Assembly (NCBI GenBank): GCA_963783375.1 | Contig: CAWANH010000022.1 | Location: forward strand, 1 to 64,000 | Direction of reading: 5' to 3' | DNA: 64,000 nucleotides | From: Candidatus Eiseniibacteriota bacterium | Lineage (GTDB): Bacteria > Eisenbacteria > RBG-16-71-46 > JABDJR01 | Shown: one piece after another, positions 20,006-29,225 of the stretch | Layout: the number at the start of each line of letters is the position of its first letter | How positions within the stretch are numbered: position 1 is the first letter of the stretch | Notes under the pieces: model-generated | Seen by the model: the letters and a program-made list of their open reading frames with translations, nothing else | The model's database searches: none | What the model was told of the DNA's origin: nothing | Program-made: the position numbers and the translations under genes

Positions 20006-21022
20006 ATGGACACCCTTCCGCACACCCCGACCGAACCCGGCGCGCGGCCCGCGCTCTCGGTGGTGGTCCCCGTCCACGACGAGGCGGGCTCGCTGGAGGA
20101 GCTGGTGCGCCGGGTGCGCGCGGTGGGGGACGCGCTGGGGATCGGCTGGGAGCTGGTGGTGGTGGACGACGGATCCACCGACGGAACGCCGGCGCTCCTC
20201 CGCGCCCTGGCGTCCGCCGACCCGAGGCTCCGCGTCCTGGCCACCCGCCGCCGCCGCGGCCAGACCACGGCCTTGAAGGCGGGGCTGGCCCGGGCCCGGG
20301 GCGATATCCTGGTCACCATGGACGGGGATCTCCAGAACGCCCCCGAGGACATCCCGCTGCTTCTTCGCGCCCTCGACGAGGGGGCGGACGTGGTGATCGG
20401 CTGGCGGCACGACCGGCGCGATCCGTTCTTCTCGCGCCGGTTTCCCTCCCTCGTGGCCAACCGGTGGATCCGCCGCTTCACCGGCATCGCGGTCCACGAC
20501 CACGGCTGCGCGCTCAAGGCCTACCGCCGGGAGCTGGTCCGGGAGATGCACCTCTACGGTGACCACCACCGGCTGGTCACCGCGGTGGCCGCGCTCCACG
20601 GGGCGCGGGTGCGGGAGGTGGTGGTCTCCCACGCCCCCCGGCGGGAAGGGCGCTCCAAGTACGGTGGGGGACGGGTGCTCCGGGTGCTGGCCGACGTCTT
20701 CGCCATCCATCTGCTTCTCCGTCACCGCCGCCGTCCCTCGGTGTGGTTCCTGAAGCTCGCAACGCCCCTGGTTCTGGGAGCCGCGGCCGCCGCCGCCGCC
20801 GCGGTGTGGACGGCGGTGAACCGGCCGGCGGCCTCCCAGGTGGTCTGGGTCGGCGCCGCCTTCATCCTCGGCTTCGGGGCGGTCTCCCTGGTGGCCACCG
20901 GGTTCTTCGCCGAGCTGCTGCTTCGCCTGGAACCCCTCCGGCTCCGCGCCGGAGGGGCGCCGCTTCGACGGGTGGGGACGGCGTCGCCCGGCGGCCCGTC
21001 GCGTCACGGAGGGCCCGCGTGA
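20006..21022 (+). CDS. GT2 polyprenol-phosphate glycosyltransferase (ArnC/GtrB-like)
   Basis: SVVVPVHDE, VDDGSTDGT, TMDGDLQN, DHGCALKAYR, C-terminal TM pair. Confidence 0.88.
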   Translation: MDTLPHTPTEPGARPALSVVVPVHDEAGSLEELVRRVRAVGDALGIGWELVVVDDGSTDGTPALLRALASADPRLRVLATRRRRGQTTALKAGLARARGDILVTMDGDLQNAPEDIPLLLRALDEGADVVIGWRHDRRDPFFSRRFPSLVANRWIRRFTGIAVHDHGCALKAYRRELVREMHLYGDHHRLVTAVAALHGARVREVVVSHAPRREGRSKYGGGRVLRVLADVFAIHLLLRHRRRPSVWFLKLATPLVLGAAAAAAAAVWTAVNRPAASQVVWVGAAFILGFGAVSLVATGFFAELLLRLEPLRLRAGGAPLRRVGTASPGGPSRHGGPA

Positions 21023-22023
21023 TGGGCGATGCCCCGCGGATCACCGTGCTGATCCCGATCTCCGATCGCGCCGATCCCCAGGCCGCCTTCCTCGCCGATC
21101 TGGACCGTGGCCTGGCCGGCCTCCCCGAGTCGCGCGAGGTGCTCCTTGTGTTCGACGGCCACCGCGGCCGCGAGGCGGCGGCGCTCCGGGAGCGGGTGGC
21201 CGGCCGCGCCGAGGTGAGGATCGTGGAGCTCCACCAGCGGATGGGCGAGGCGGCGGTCCTGGCCGCCGGTCTTCGCGAGGCGGCGGGAACGATCCTGGTC
21301 CGGGTCCCCCCCTACGCCCAGGCCGATCTCGGAGTCCTCGGCGCCCTGGTCCGCGCGGTGGAATCGGGGGTGGACTGCGCCCTGGTCGAGCGGGTGGACG
21401 GTGAAGGCCGCCCCACCGGGGGCTGGGAGCGCCGGGCCCTGAACGGGATCCTTTCCCGCGCCGCCCGGGCGGAGATCCGGGACGTGGGGTCCCTGGTTTG
21501 CGCCTTCACCGCCGAGACCGCGGCCGCCCTGCCGCTCCAGGGGGACCTCCACCGGTTCCTCCCGGTCCTGGCCGCGCTGGAAGGGTTCTCCACCGTTCAC
21601 GTTCGCGGCCGCGTGGTCGAGGGGAAGGCCGCGGGGCACCGGCGTTCCCCCCGTTCCTACGTCGCGCGCTTCATGGACCTCCTGGCCATCCTGTTCCTGG
21701 CCCGAAGCACCGGAAGCCCGCTCCGCTTCTTCGGCCTCATGGGCCTGGCCCCGCTGGTGCTGGGCGGGCTCCTGACCCTGTGGCTGGTTTTCGAGCGCCT
21801 CTTCCGGGGAGAGCCCCTGGCGTCGAGGCCGCTCCTTCTATTGGGCCTGCTCCTGGTCACCGCGGGCATCCAGGCGATGGCCATCGGGTTCCTGGGGGAG
21901 CTCATGGTGTACCTCCACTATCGCGACCGCCACCCGGACCACGTGCGCGCGCTCCCCGAGGCCTCGGAGGGGGCGGACTCCGGGGCCGCGGAAACGGCGG
22001 AGCGCTCGGGACGCCTCTCCTGA
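21022..22023 (+). CDS. ArnC/GtrB-like GT2 paralog with degenerate active-site motifs
   Basis: GDLHRFLPVLA, PLRFFG, RPLLLLGLLL, GFLGEL are kept; the DxD motif is replaced by VPPY. Confidence 0.78.
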   Translation: MGDAPRITVLIPISDRADPQAAFLADLDRGLAGLPESREVLLVFDGHRGREAAALRERVAGRAEVRIVELHQRMGEAAVLAAGLREAAGTILVRVPPYAQADLGVLGALVRAVESGVDCALVERVDGEGRPTGGWERRALNGILSRAARAEIRDVGSLVCAFTAETAAALPLQGDLHRFLPVLAALEGFSTVHVRGRVVEGKAAGHRRSPRSYVARFMDLLAILFLARSTGSPLRFFGLMGLAPLVLGGLLTLWLVFERLFRGEPLASRPLLLLGLLLVTAGIQAMAIGFLGELMVYLHYRDRHPDHVRALPEASEGADSGAAETAERSGRLS

Positions 22024-22036
22024 GCCTGGACCCGCC

Positions 22037-23284
22037 ATGAACGACCCGCGTCCCGGCTCACCGCCCCCGAGAGCGGACCGGGTTCCCGGCGTGGATTCCG
22101 CCGGCGCCGCGGCCCTCCCCGCCCGGGGTCTCCGGGTGGTCATGGTGGCCCCGACCCCGTTCTTCAGCGATCGCGGTTGCCACGTCCGGATCCTGGAGGA
22201 GGCGCGCGCGCTGGGGCGCGCCGGGGCCCAGGTCACGGTCTGCACCTATTTCCTGGGGGACACCCCGGAGGGGCTGGAGGTGCGGCGGGCCGCCCCCCTG
22301 TCCGGCTATCGGAAGCGCTCGGCCGGGCCCTCGTGGGGGAAGTTCGTCCTGGACGGGCTTCTCTGGCGGCTCGTCCGGCGGACGGTGGCGGAGGAGCGGC
22401 CCCAGGTCATCCACGCCCACCTTCACGAGGGGATCCTGGTGGCGCGCTTCGCCGGCGGGGACGCGGTCCGGGTGCTGGACGTCCAGGGCGGGCTCGCCGA
22501 CGAGACCCTGGACCACGGTTTTCTTCCCGACGTGCCTCCAGTTCGCCTCGCCATGGAAGGGGTGGAGGGCCGGCTCGACCGGAGCGCGGACTTCGTGGTG
22601 ACCAGCCATCCCGAGGCGGCGAGGGTCCTCACCGGGCGCTTCCGGGTTCCCGGAGCGCGGGTGCGGGTGGTGGGGGACGCGGGAACCCTCGGCCCGCCCG
22701 ACCCGTTTCGCGTCGCGCACTATCGCGAGCGGTTCGGGATCGGGGCGGAGGAGCCGCTGGTCCTCTACGCGGGTCTTCTCGGGGAGCATCAGGGAACGGG
22801 GCACCTGCTGGGGCTGGGAGAGGCGCTGGCCGGGTCCGCGGTCCGGGTGCTGGTCCTGGGGTATCCGGAAGCGCGCTGGCGGGCGGAAGCGGAGCGCCGG
22901 AGCCTCGGCGGGCGTTTGATCTTCGCCGGGCGGTTCCCCTATGCCGACTTCGCGAGCCTCTTGTCCCTGGGCACCGTGGCCGTGAGCCCCAAGACCAGCG
23001 CCAGCGAGGGGAACCAGAAGCTCTACGCTTACCTGGAGGCGGGGCTTCCGGTGGTGGCCTTCCACACCCCGGTGAACCGCGGGATCCTGGGGGAGACCGG
23101 GGTGCTGGTCCCTCGGGGGGACGACGGGGCGATGGCGGAAGCGGTGCAGGCGCTTCTCGCGGACCGGGAGCGGCGGCGCGCGCTCTCCGAGGCGGCCCGG
23201 GCGCGCGCGCGGACGCTCGGAACCTGGGACGACGTGGCGGCGCGGATCCTCGACGCCTATCGCGCGGCGGGGGCGGTTTGGTAA
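22037..23284 (+). CDS. Glycosyltransferase family 4
   Basis: APTPFFSDRGCHVRILEE, IHAHLHEG, SEGNQKLYAYL. Confidence 0.85.
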   Translation: MNDPRPGSPPPRADRVPGVDSAGAAALPARGLRVVMVAPTPFFSDRGCHVRILEEARALGRAGAQVTVCTYFLGDTPEGLEVRRAAPLSGYRKRSAGPSWGKFVLDGLLWRLVRRTVAEERPQVIHAHLHEGILVARFAGGDAVRVLDVQGGLADETLDHGFLPDVPPVRLAMEGVEGRLDRSADFVVTSHPEAARVLTGRFRVPGARVRVVGDAGTLGPPDPFRVAHYRERFGIGAEEPLVLYAGLLGEHQGTGHLLGLGEALAGSAVRVLVLGYPEARWRAEAERRSLGGRLIFAGRFPYADFASLLSLGTVAVSPKTSASEGNQKLYAYLEAGLPVVAFHTPVNRGILGETGVLVPRGDDGAMAEAVQALLADRERRRALSEAARARARTLGTWDDVAARILDAYRAAGAVW

Positions 23285-23442
23285 GCGCCGACCGCCGGCT
23301 TTCGCTTCTCCCGGAGGCGGTCCGGGATTAGGATCGACGGAGCGGCGGAGCCGGCCCGGCCCTGGCGCCGCCATGAACCCCTCATGTCCGCCCAAGCACT
23401 CGTTCCTCTGAAAACCCACTTCACACGAGGAGGTCGAACCCC

Positions 23443-23654
23443 ATGCCGACCAAGCCGATTCCCGACGGATACCACGCGCTCACCCCGTACTTCATGGTGA
23501 AGAACGCCGCCCGGGCGATGGAGTTCTACAAGCAGCGGTGATCGATCCCTTCGGGCACATGTGGTCGATCGCGACCCACGTGGAGGACGTGCCGCCGGCG
23601 GAGATGGAGAAGCGGATGGCCGAGATGATGAAGCAACAGAAGGGCGGCGCGTGA
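23443..23654 (+). pseudogene. VOC/PhnB-like glyoxalase remnant with internal deletion
   Basis: MPTKPIPDGYHALTPYFMVKNAARAMEFYKQ is joined out of frame to VIDPFGHMWSIATHVEDV; GGAGG RBS. Confidence 0.8.
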
Positions 23655-23714
23655 ACGTCCTCGTCACCCCGCTGCCGGTGGGGCGGCCGGGGGCGAACCC
23701 GGCCGGAGGGATCC

Positions 23715-24509
23715 ATGGCTGAGCCGCGATCCCGCATGCCGGTGCTCTTCGTCGGCCACGGAAGCCCGATGAACGCGGTCGAGGACAACGCGTTCACCCG
23801 GGCGTGGGAGGAGACCGGGCGGGCGCTCCCCCGGCCGGAGGCGATCCTCTGCGTATCCGCCCACTGGGAAACCGCGGGGCCGGCGGTGACCGCGATGGAA
23901 CGGCCGAAGACGATCCACGATTTCTACGGGTTCCCCGAGGCGCTTCATGAGGTGGCCTATCCCGCGGCGGGATCGCCGGAGCTGGCCCGGCGGGTGGTGG
24001 GGCTTCTCGGGGAGGACGCGGTCCGGATGGACACGGCCTGGGGCCTGGACCACGGGGCGTGGTCGGTCCTCCGCCGGCTCTTCCCCCACGCCGACGTTCC
24101 GGTGGTCCAGTTGAGCCTCGACCGCGGGAAGCCGCCGGCCGAGCACTACGAGACCGGCCGAAAGCTCCGCCCGCTTCGGGGTGAAGGCGTCCTCATGCTG
24201 GGAAGCGGGAACGTGGTGCACAACCTGGGAGTGGTGGTGTGGAAGGACGCCGCCTTCGACTGGGCGACGGAGTTCGACGCCCGGGTGAAGGAGGCGATCC
24301 TCGCCGGGGACCACGCGGCGCTCAAGGACTACGGTTCGCTGGGGCCGGCGGCCCGGCTGGCCGTTCCGACCGACGAGCACTACCTCCCCATGCTCTACGT
24401 CCTGGGCGCCGCGGACCCGGGGGAGGCGGTCTCGTTCTTCACCGAGAGCGTCACCATGGGATCCATCTCCATGCGCTCGTTCCGGACCGTGGACGCGGGC
24501 GGGGCCTGA
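23715..24509 (+). CDS. ygiD: 4,5-DOPA extradiol dioxygenase-like (LigB family)
   Basis: FVGHGSPMN, SAHW, IHDFYGFP, WGLDHG, GSGNVVHNL, PTDEHYLP. Confidence 0.9.
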   Translation: MAEPRSRMPVLFVGHGSPMNAVEDNAFTRAWEETGRALPRPEAILCVSAHWETAGPAVTAMERPKTIHDFYGFPEALHEVAYPAAGSPELARRVVGLLGEDAVRMDTAWGLDHGAWSVLRRLFPHADVPVVQLSLDRGKPPAEHYETGRKLRPLRGEGVLMLGSGNVVHNLGVVVWKDAAFDWATEFDARVKEAILAGDHAALKDYGSLGPAARLAVPTDEHYLPMLYVLGAADPGEAVSFFTESVTMGSISMRSFRTVDAGGA

Positions 24510-24677
24510 GGGTGGGGTGGTCGGGGGGGCGCCGCAGCCTCGGACGGGCGGACACCGGAGCCCGGCCGGAGCGCGGATCCACTCGAAATCGCCGTCGCTC
24601 CCTGCTACCCTAGCTCCCCTTCGGGATCGGTGGAGCAGGCGGCGACCGGTCGGGCGCGCCCCGGGAGGAGTTACACG

Positions 24678-26090
24678 GTGAGCATTCGGATCTACGACAC
24701 CCTGCGCGCGGCCAAGGTGCCCTTCGAGCCCGTCCACCAGGGCGAGGCCCGGATGTACGTCTGCGGCATGACCGTCCAGGACGTCCCCCACGTGGGGCAC
24801 CTTCGCTCCTCCATCGTCGGCGACGTGATCCGCCGCTTCCTGGAGTGGAAGGGCTACAAGGTCACCTACGTCTACAACTTCACCGACGTGGACGACAAGA
24901 TCATCGCCAAGGCCGAGGAGGAGGGGACGGACTACAAGGCGGTGGCCAAGCGGAACGAGGAACTCTTCCTCAAGTACTCGGGGATGCTGAACATCAAGCG
25001 CGCCACCCACTATCCCCGGGCCACCGAGCACATCGACGACATCGTGGCCCTGATCCGGAAGCTCATCGACGCGGGGAAGGCCTACCCGGCGCGTAACGGC
25101 GACGTGTACTACCGGGTCCGCTCCTTTCCGGGCTACGGGAAGCTCTCCAAGAAGCGGATCGACGACCTGCGCTCCGGCGCCCGCATCGAGGTGGGAGAGG
25201 ACAAGGAAGACCCGCTCGACTTCGCCCTCTGGAAGGCGGCCAAACCGGGTGAGCCGGCCTGGGAGAGTCCCTGGGGCGGCGGACGGCCGGGCTGGCACAT
25301 CGAGTGCTCGGCGATGAGCATGAAGTACTGCGGGGCCACCCTGGATTTCCACGGGGGCGGGGAGGACCTCATCTTCCCCCACCACGAGAACGAGATCGCC
25401 CAGAGCGAGGGAGCGACGGGGACGGAGTTCACCCGATACTGGGTTCACAACGGCTGGGTGACCCTGGGCGGGGACAAGATGTCCAAGTCCACCAAGAAAT
25501 TCCGTCCCATCGACCAGGTGGCCGACGTCTACGACCCCGAGGCGGTGCGGCTGTACCTGATGGGCACCCACTATCGCTCCCCCATAGAGTACGAGGAGGA
25601 GCGGCTCAAGGAATCGGTGACCGCGTTTCGCCGCTTGCGGGCGCCCCTGGTCGAGGTGGGGCGCCGGGAGGCGGTCGTGGAGCTCCACCCCCGCGAGGAG
25701 GACCTTCGTTCCGGCGCCGAGGCCGCGGCGGCCGCCTTCGACGAGGCGATGTCCGACGATTTCAACACCGCGCGGGGCCTGGCCGCGCTCTTCGATCTGT
25801 CCCGGCTCATGAACGGGGCCCTGGACGAGACCCCGGGCAAGGCCAGCCCGGCGCTGCGGGCCGCGGCGGAGAGGCTCCGGGAGCTGGGCGGCGTGCTCGG
25901 CCTCTTCTGGACGCCGTTCGAGGACGCGGAAGCGGAGGTTCCCGAGAGCGTCCTGGCCCTGGTGGGTGAGCGCGACCGGGCCCGGAAGTCCCGCGACTTC
26001 GCCCGGGCCGACGCCATCCGGGACGAGCTGACCGCGGCGGGATGGGCGATCGAGGATCGGCCGGACGGGGCGCGGGTGAAGAAGCTCTGA
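24678..26090 (+). CDS. cysS: Cysteine--tRNA ligase
   Basis: HVGH, GRPGWHIECSAM, DLIFPHHENE, KMSKS. Confidence 0.97.
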   Translation: MSIRIYDTLRAAKVPFEPVHQGEARMYVCGMTVQDVPHVGHLRSSIVGDVIRRFLEWKGYKVTYVYNFTDVDDKIIAKAEEEGTDYKAVAKRNEELFLKYSGMLNIKRATHYPRATEHIDDIVALIRKLIDAGKAYPARNGDVYYRVRSFPGYGKLSKKRIDDLRSGARIEVGEDKEDPLDFALWKAAKPGEPAWESPWGGGRPGWHIECSAMSMKYCGATLDFHGGGEDLIFPHHENEIAQSEGATGTEFTRYWVHNGWVTLGGDKMSKSTKKFRPIDQVADVYDPEAVRLYLMGTHYRSPIEYEEERLKESVTAFRRLRAPLVEVGRREAVVELHPREEDLRSGAEAAAAAFDEAMSDDFNTARGLAALFDLSRLMNGALDETPGKASPALRAAAERLRELGGVLGLFWTPFEDAEAEVPESVLALVGERDRARKSRDFARADAIRDELTAAGWAIEDRPDGARVKKL

Positions 26091-26229
26091 CCTCCGGTCC
26101 GCCCGCCGTTTCCTCCGGTTGATTTCGCGTCGGCGCGGTGCTAGCGTCGCCGAACCCCCCCCGCCGATGACGAAGCGCAGCCGTCGTGAAACGGATTCCC
26201 TTTCCCAACCATAAGAAGAAGCACCGATC

Positions 26230-28272
26230 ATGAAACACCCTCTCCGCCTGCTCCTCGTGGCGGTCTGTTTCGTCGCGGCCTCCTGCGGAGGCCGGGCCAA
26301 AGAGACCCCCAACCCCACCCACTTCCTGGCCGCCGACCGGGACACCACCGTGAGCCCGGGCACCGACTTCTTCCACTACGCCAACGGGACGTGGCTCAAG
26401 GATCACCCGATTCCCTCGAGCGAGCGGGGATGGGGGGTCTGGAACCTGGTCCAGGACCAGGTCTACGACGACCTGAAGACGGTCTGCGAAGCCGCCGCCG
26501 CCACCAAGTCCCCCGAGGGAAGCAAGGAGCAGAAGATCGGGGACTTCTGGCAAACCGGGATGGACACCGTGGCCATCGACCGGAACGGAATCGAGCCCCT
26601 GCGGGCGGACCTGGACCGGATCGACGCCATTTCCGACCGGAAGGGGCTTCTGGCCGAGATCGCCCTCCAGGAGACCTACGAGGCCTTCCCGCTCTTTCAG
26701 CCCTGGGTCGATCAGGACGCGAAGCAGAGCGACGTGTATGCCGTGTATCTCTACCAGGGCGGGATCGGGCTTCCCAACCGCGACTACTACACGAAGACCG
26801 ACGAGCGCACCGAAAACATCCGGAAGGAGTACGTGAAGCACGTGGCGGCCATGTTCGTGCTCCTGGGGGATGACCAGGCCACCGCCGACGCCAACAGCCG
26901 GGCGGTCATGAGCCTCGAGACCCGGCTGGCCAAGGCCTCGCGGAAGCTCGAGGACCTGCGCGATCCCTACGCCAACTATCACAAGATGTCGGTGGCGGGC
27001 CTGAACGACCTGGCTCCGTCCCTGGACTGGCCTCTGCTTCTCCCGGCCATGAAGATCGGCGGCGTGGACTCGGTGATCGTCGGCCAGCCGGAGTTCTACC
27101 GGGAAGTGGAGAAGACCCTGGGCGACGTACCGCTCGACCAGTGGAAGACGTACCTCCGCTGGACCCTGGCCAACCACTTCGCGTCCTCGTTGAGCGCCCC
27201 CTTCGAGAAGGAGGACTTCCACTTCTACCAGACGGTGATGTCGGGGGTGAAGCAACCGAGGCCCCGCTGGAAGCGCGTGCTCCGGGCCGAGGAGGGCGCC
27301 ATGGGGGATCTCCTGGGCCAGCTCTTCGTCGAGCGGTACGTGCCGCCCACGATGAAGGCGCGGTACACGAAGCTGGTGGACGACGTGTTCGCGGCCTACG
27401 CCCAGCGGATCAAGAACCTGGACTGGATGTCCGAGGCGACGAAGGAGCAGGCGCTGACCAAGCTCGGGTCCATCACCAAGAAGGTGTGCTACCCGGACAA
27501 GTGGAAGGACTACTCGGCGCTGACCGTCGACCGGAGTTCCTACTGCGCGAACCGGAAGCGGGCGGACGTATGGGACTACATGTACCACGCCGGCAAGCTC
27601 GGAAAGCCGGTGGACCGGACCGAGTGGCAGATGACGCCGCAGACCTACAACGCCTACTACAATCCGTCGAACAACGAGATCGTCCTTCCCGCCGCCATCT
27701 TCATCATCCCCGGGGTGGCGGACTCGCTGGTGGACGACGCCATCATCTACGGCTACGCCGGGGCCTCGACCATCGGGCACGAGGTCACCCACGGTTTCGA
27801 CGACGAGGGGCGCCAGTTCGACGCCCAGGGAAACCTCCGCGACTGGTGGACCAAGGGTGACGAGGCCCGGTTCAATACCCGGGCCAAGCGGATGGTGGAG
27901 CAGTTCGACGCCTACACCGTTCTCGACAGCCTGCACGTGAACGGCAAGGCCTGCCTGGGGGAGAACATCGCCGACCTGGGCGGGGTGCTGAACGGTTACG
28001 ACGCGTTCAAGCGCACCGCCGAGGGCCAGGCGGACACCCTGATCGACGGGCTCACCCCCGACCAGCGGTTCTTCCTGGCCTACGCCTACTCCTGGATGGG
28101 TCAGATCCGTGACGAGACCCTGGCCCGCCAGGTGATGACCGACGTTCACTCGCCGAACTTCCTTCGGGTGAACGGCCCGCTCTCCGACGTGCCGGCGTTC
28201 TACGCGGCGTTCGGGGTGAAGCCGGGAGACCCCATGTACCGGCCGGACAGCGTGCGGGTGAAGATCTGGTAG
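26230..28272 (+). CDS. M13 family metallopeptidase (neprilysin/PepO-like), probable lipoprotein
   Basis: NAYY, HEVTH zinc motif, GENIADLGG, DVHSP; lipobox-like AASC. Confidence 0.93.
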   Translation: MKHPLRLLLVAVCFVAASCGGRAKETPNPTHFLAADRDTTVSPGTDFFHYANGTWLKDHPIPSSERGWGVWNLVQDQVYDDLKTVCEAAAATKSPEGSKEQKIGDFWQTGMDTVAIDRNGIEPLRADLDRIDAISDRKGLLAEIALQETYEAFPLFQPWVDQDAKQSDVYAVYLYQGGIGLPNRDYYTKTDERTENIRKEYVKHVAAMFVLLGDDQATADANSRAVMSLETRLAKASRKLEDLRDPYANYHKMSVAGLNDLAPSLDWPLLLPAMKIGGVDSVIVGQPEFYREVEKTLGDVPLDQWKTYLRWTLANHFASSLSAPFEKEDFHFYQTVMSGVKQPRPRWKRVLRAEEGAMGDLLGQLFVERYVPPTMKARYTKLVDDVFAAYAQRIKNLDWMSEATKEQALTKLGSITKKVCYPDKWKDYSALTVDRSSYCANRKRADVWDYMYHAGKLGKPVDRTEWQMTPQTYNAYYNPSNNEIVLPAAIFIIPGVADSLVDDAIIYGYAGASTIGHEVTHGFDDEGRQFDAQGNLRDWWTKGDEARFNTRAKRMVEQFDAYTVLDSLHVNGKACLGENIADLGGVLNGYDAFKRTAEGQADTLIDGLTPDQRFFLAYAYSWMGQIRDETLARQVMTDVHSPNFLRVNGPLSDVPAFYAAFGVKPGDPMYRPDSVRVKIW

Positions 28273-28381
28273 GTCGGGTCGACGGTTTCGTTCCCGGTCG
28301 TGCCGGTGCTAGGGTACCGGCACGATCGGGCACGCGGACCGTCGGCGCCTCCCCCCGCGTCGGCTCACCCGGAGGGCGGCG

Positions 28382-28771
28382 ATGTACTGCAGCCAGTGCG
28401 GACGAGAGGTCGGGGAGGGCGCGGCCTTCTGTCCGGCCTGCGGGCGGCCGGTGGGATCGCTGGTCGGCGGGAGCCCGCCGCCCGCGAGCCCGCCGCCCGG
28501 CCCTCCGCCGCACACCCGGAGCCGGGCCCCCCATGTCCCCAGCCGCCTGACCGAGGCCATCCTGGTCACCATCTTCTGCTGCATGCCCTTCGGGGTCGTG
28601 GCCATCGTCTACGCCGCCCAGGTGAACGCCCGCCTCGACGCGGGAGACATCGCCGGGGCGCAGTCGGCCTCCCGGACCGCGAACAACTGGTGCTGGGCCT
28701 CGTTCCTGAGCTCTCTGGCGGTGGGACTCATCTGGGGCTTCTTCGCCCTCATCGGGATCGCGAACTCGTGA
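28382..28771 (+). CDS. Zinc-ribbon plus CD225/dispanin family protein
   Basis: CSQCG...FCPACG, proline linker, TIFCCMPFGVVAIVYAAQV. Confidence 0.85.
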   Translation: MYCSQCGREVGEGAAFCPACGRPVGSLVGGSPPPASPPPGPPPHTRSRAPHVPSRLTEAILVTIFCCMPFGVVAIVYAAQVNARLDAGDIAGAQSASRTANNWCWASFLSSLAVGLIWGFFALIGIANS

Positions 28772-29190
28772 TGGAAGCCGGCGTCACCGCCATCCCGGGA
28801 AGCCCGGCCCGTGCCTCCCGCTCCGGCCGCCGGATCCTGGCCGCGGCGTTTGCCCTGGGCGCGGCGGCGGGTCTCGCCCTGGTGGCCCTCCGCGACCCCG
28901 CCCTGGGCGGCTACCCGACCTGCCCCTTCCACGACCTCACCGGCTGGCGGTGCGCGGGGTGCGGGACGCTCCGGGCTCTCCACGAGCTGGCCCACGGACA
29001 CCCGGCCGCGGCCTTTCGTCTCAACGCCCTGGCCGTCCTTTTTCTCCCGGCGGCGGCGGCGATGTGGGTGAACGAGGCGCGCGTGGCCCTGGGCCGGCGG
29101 GCGTGGCCGCTCGATCCGAGGCTCGGACGATGGGCCCGGCTCGTTCCCGCGCTCATCCTCGCCTTCTTCCTGGGGAGAAACCTGATCTGA
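28771..29190 (+). CDS. DUF2752 family membrane protein
   Basis: CPFHDLTGWRCAGCGTLRALHEL, AAFRLN; coupled to the CD225 gene. Confidence 0.85.
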   Translation: MEAGVTAIPGSPARASRSGRRILAAAFALGAAAGLALVALRDPALGGYPTCPFHDLTGWRCAGCGTLRALHELAHGHPAAAFRLNALAVLFLPAAAAMWVNEARVALGRRAWPLDPRLGRWARLVPALILAFFLGRNLI

Positions 29191-29225
29191 CCGTTTCGTT
29201 CGAAACCTTCCAACCGGAGGTGATC

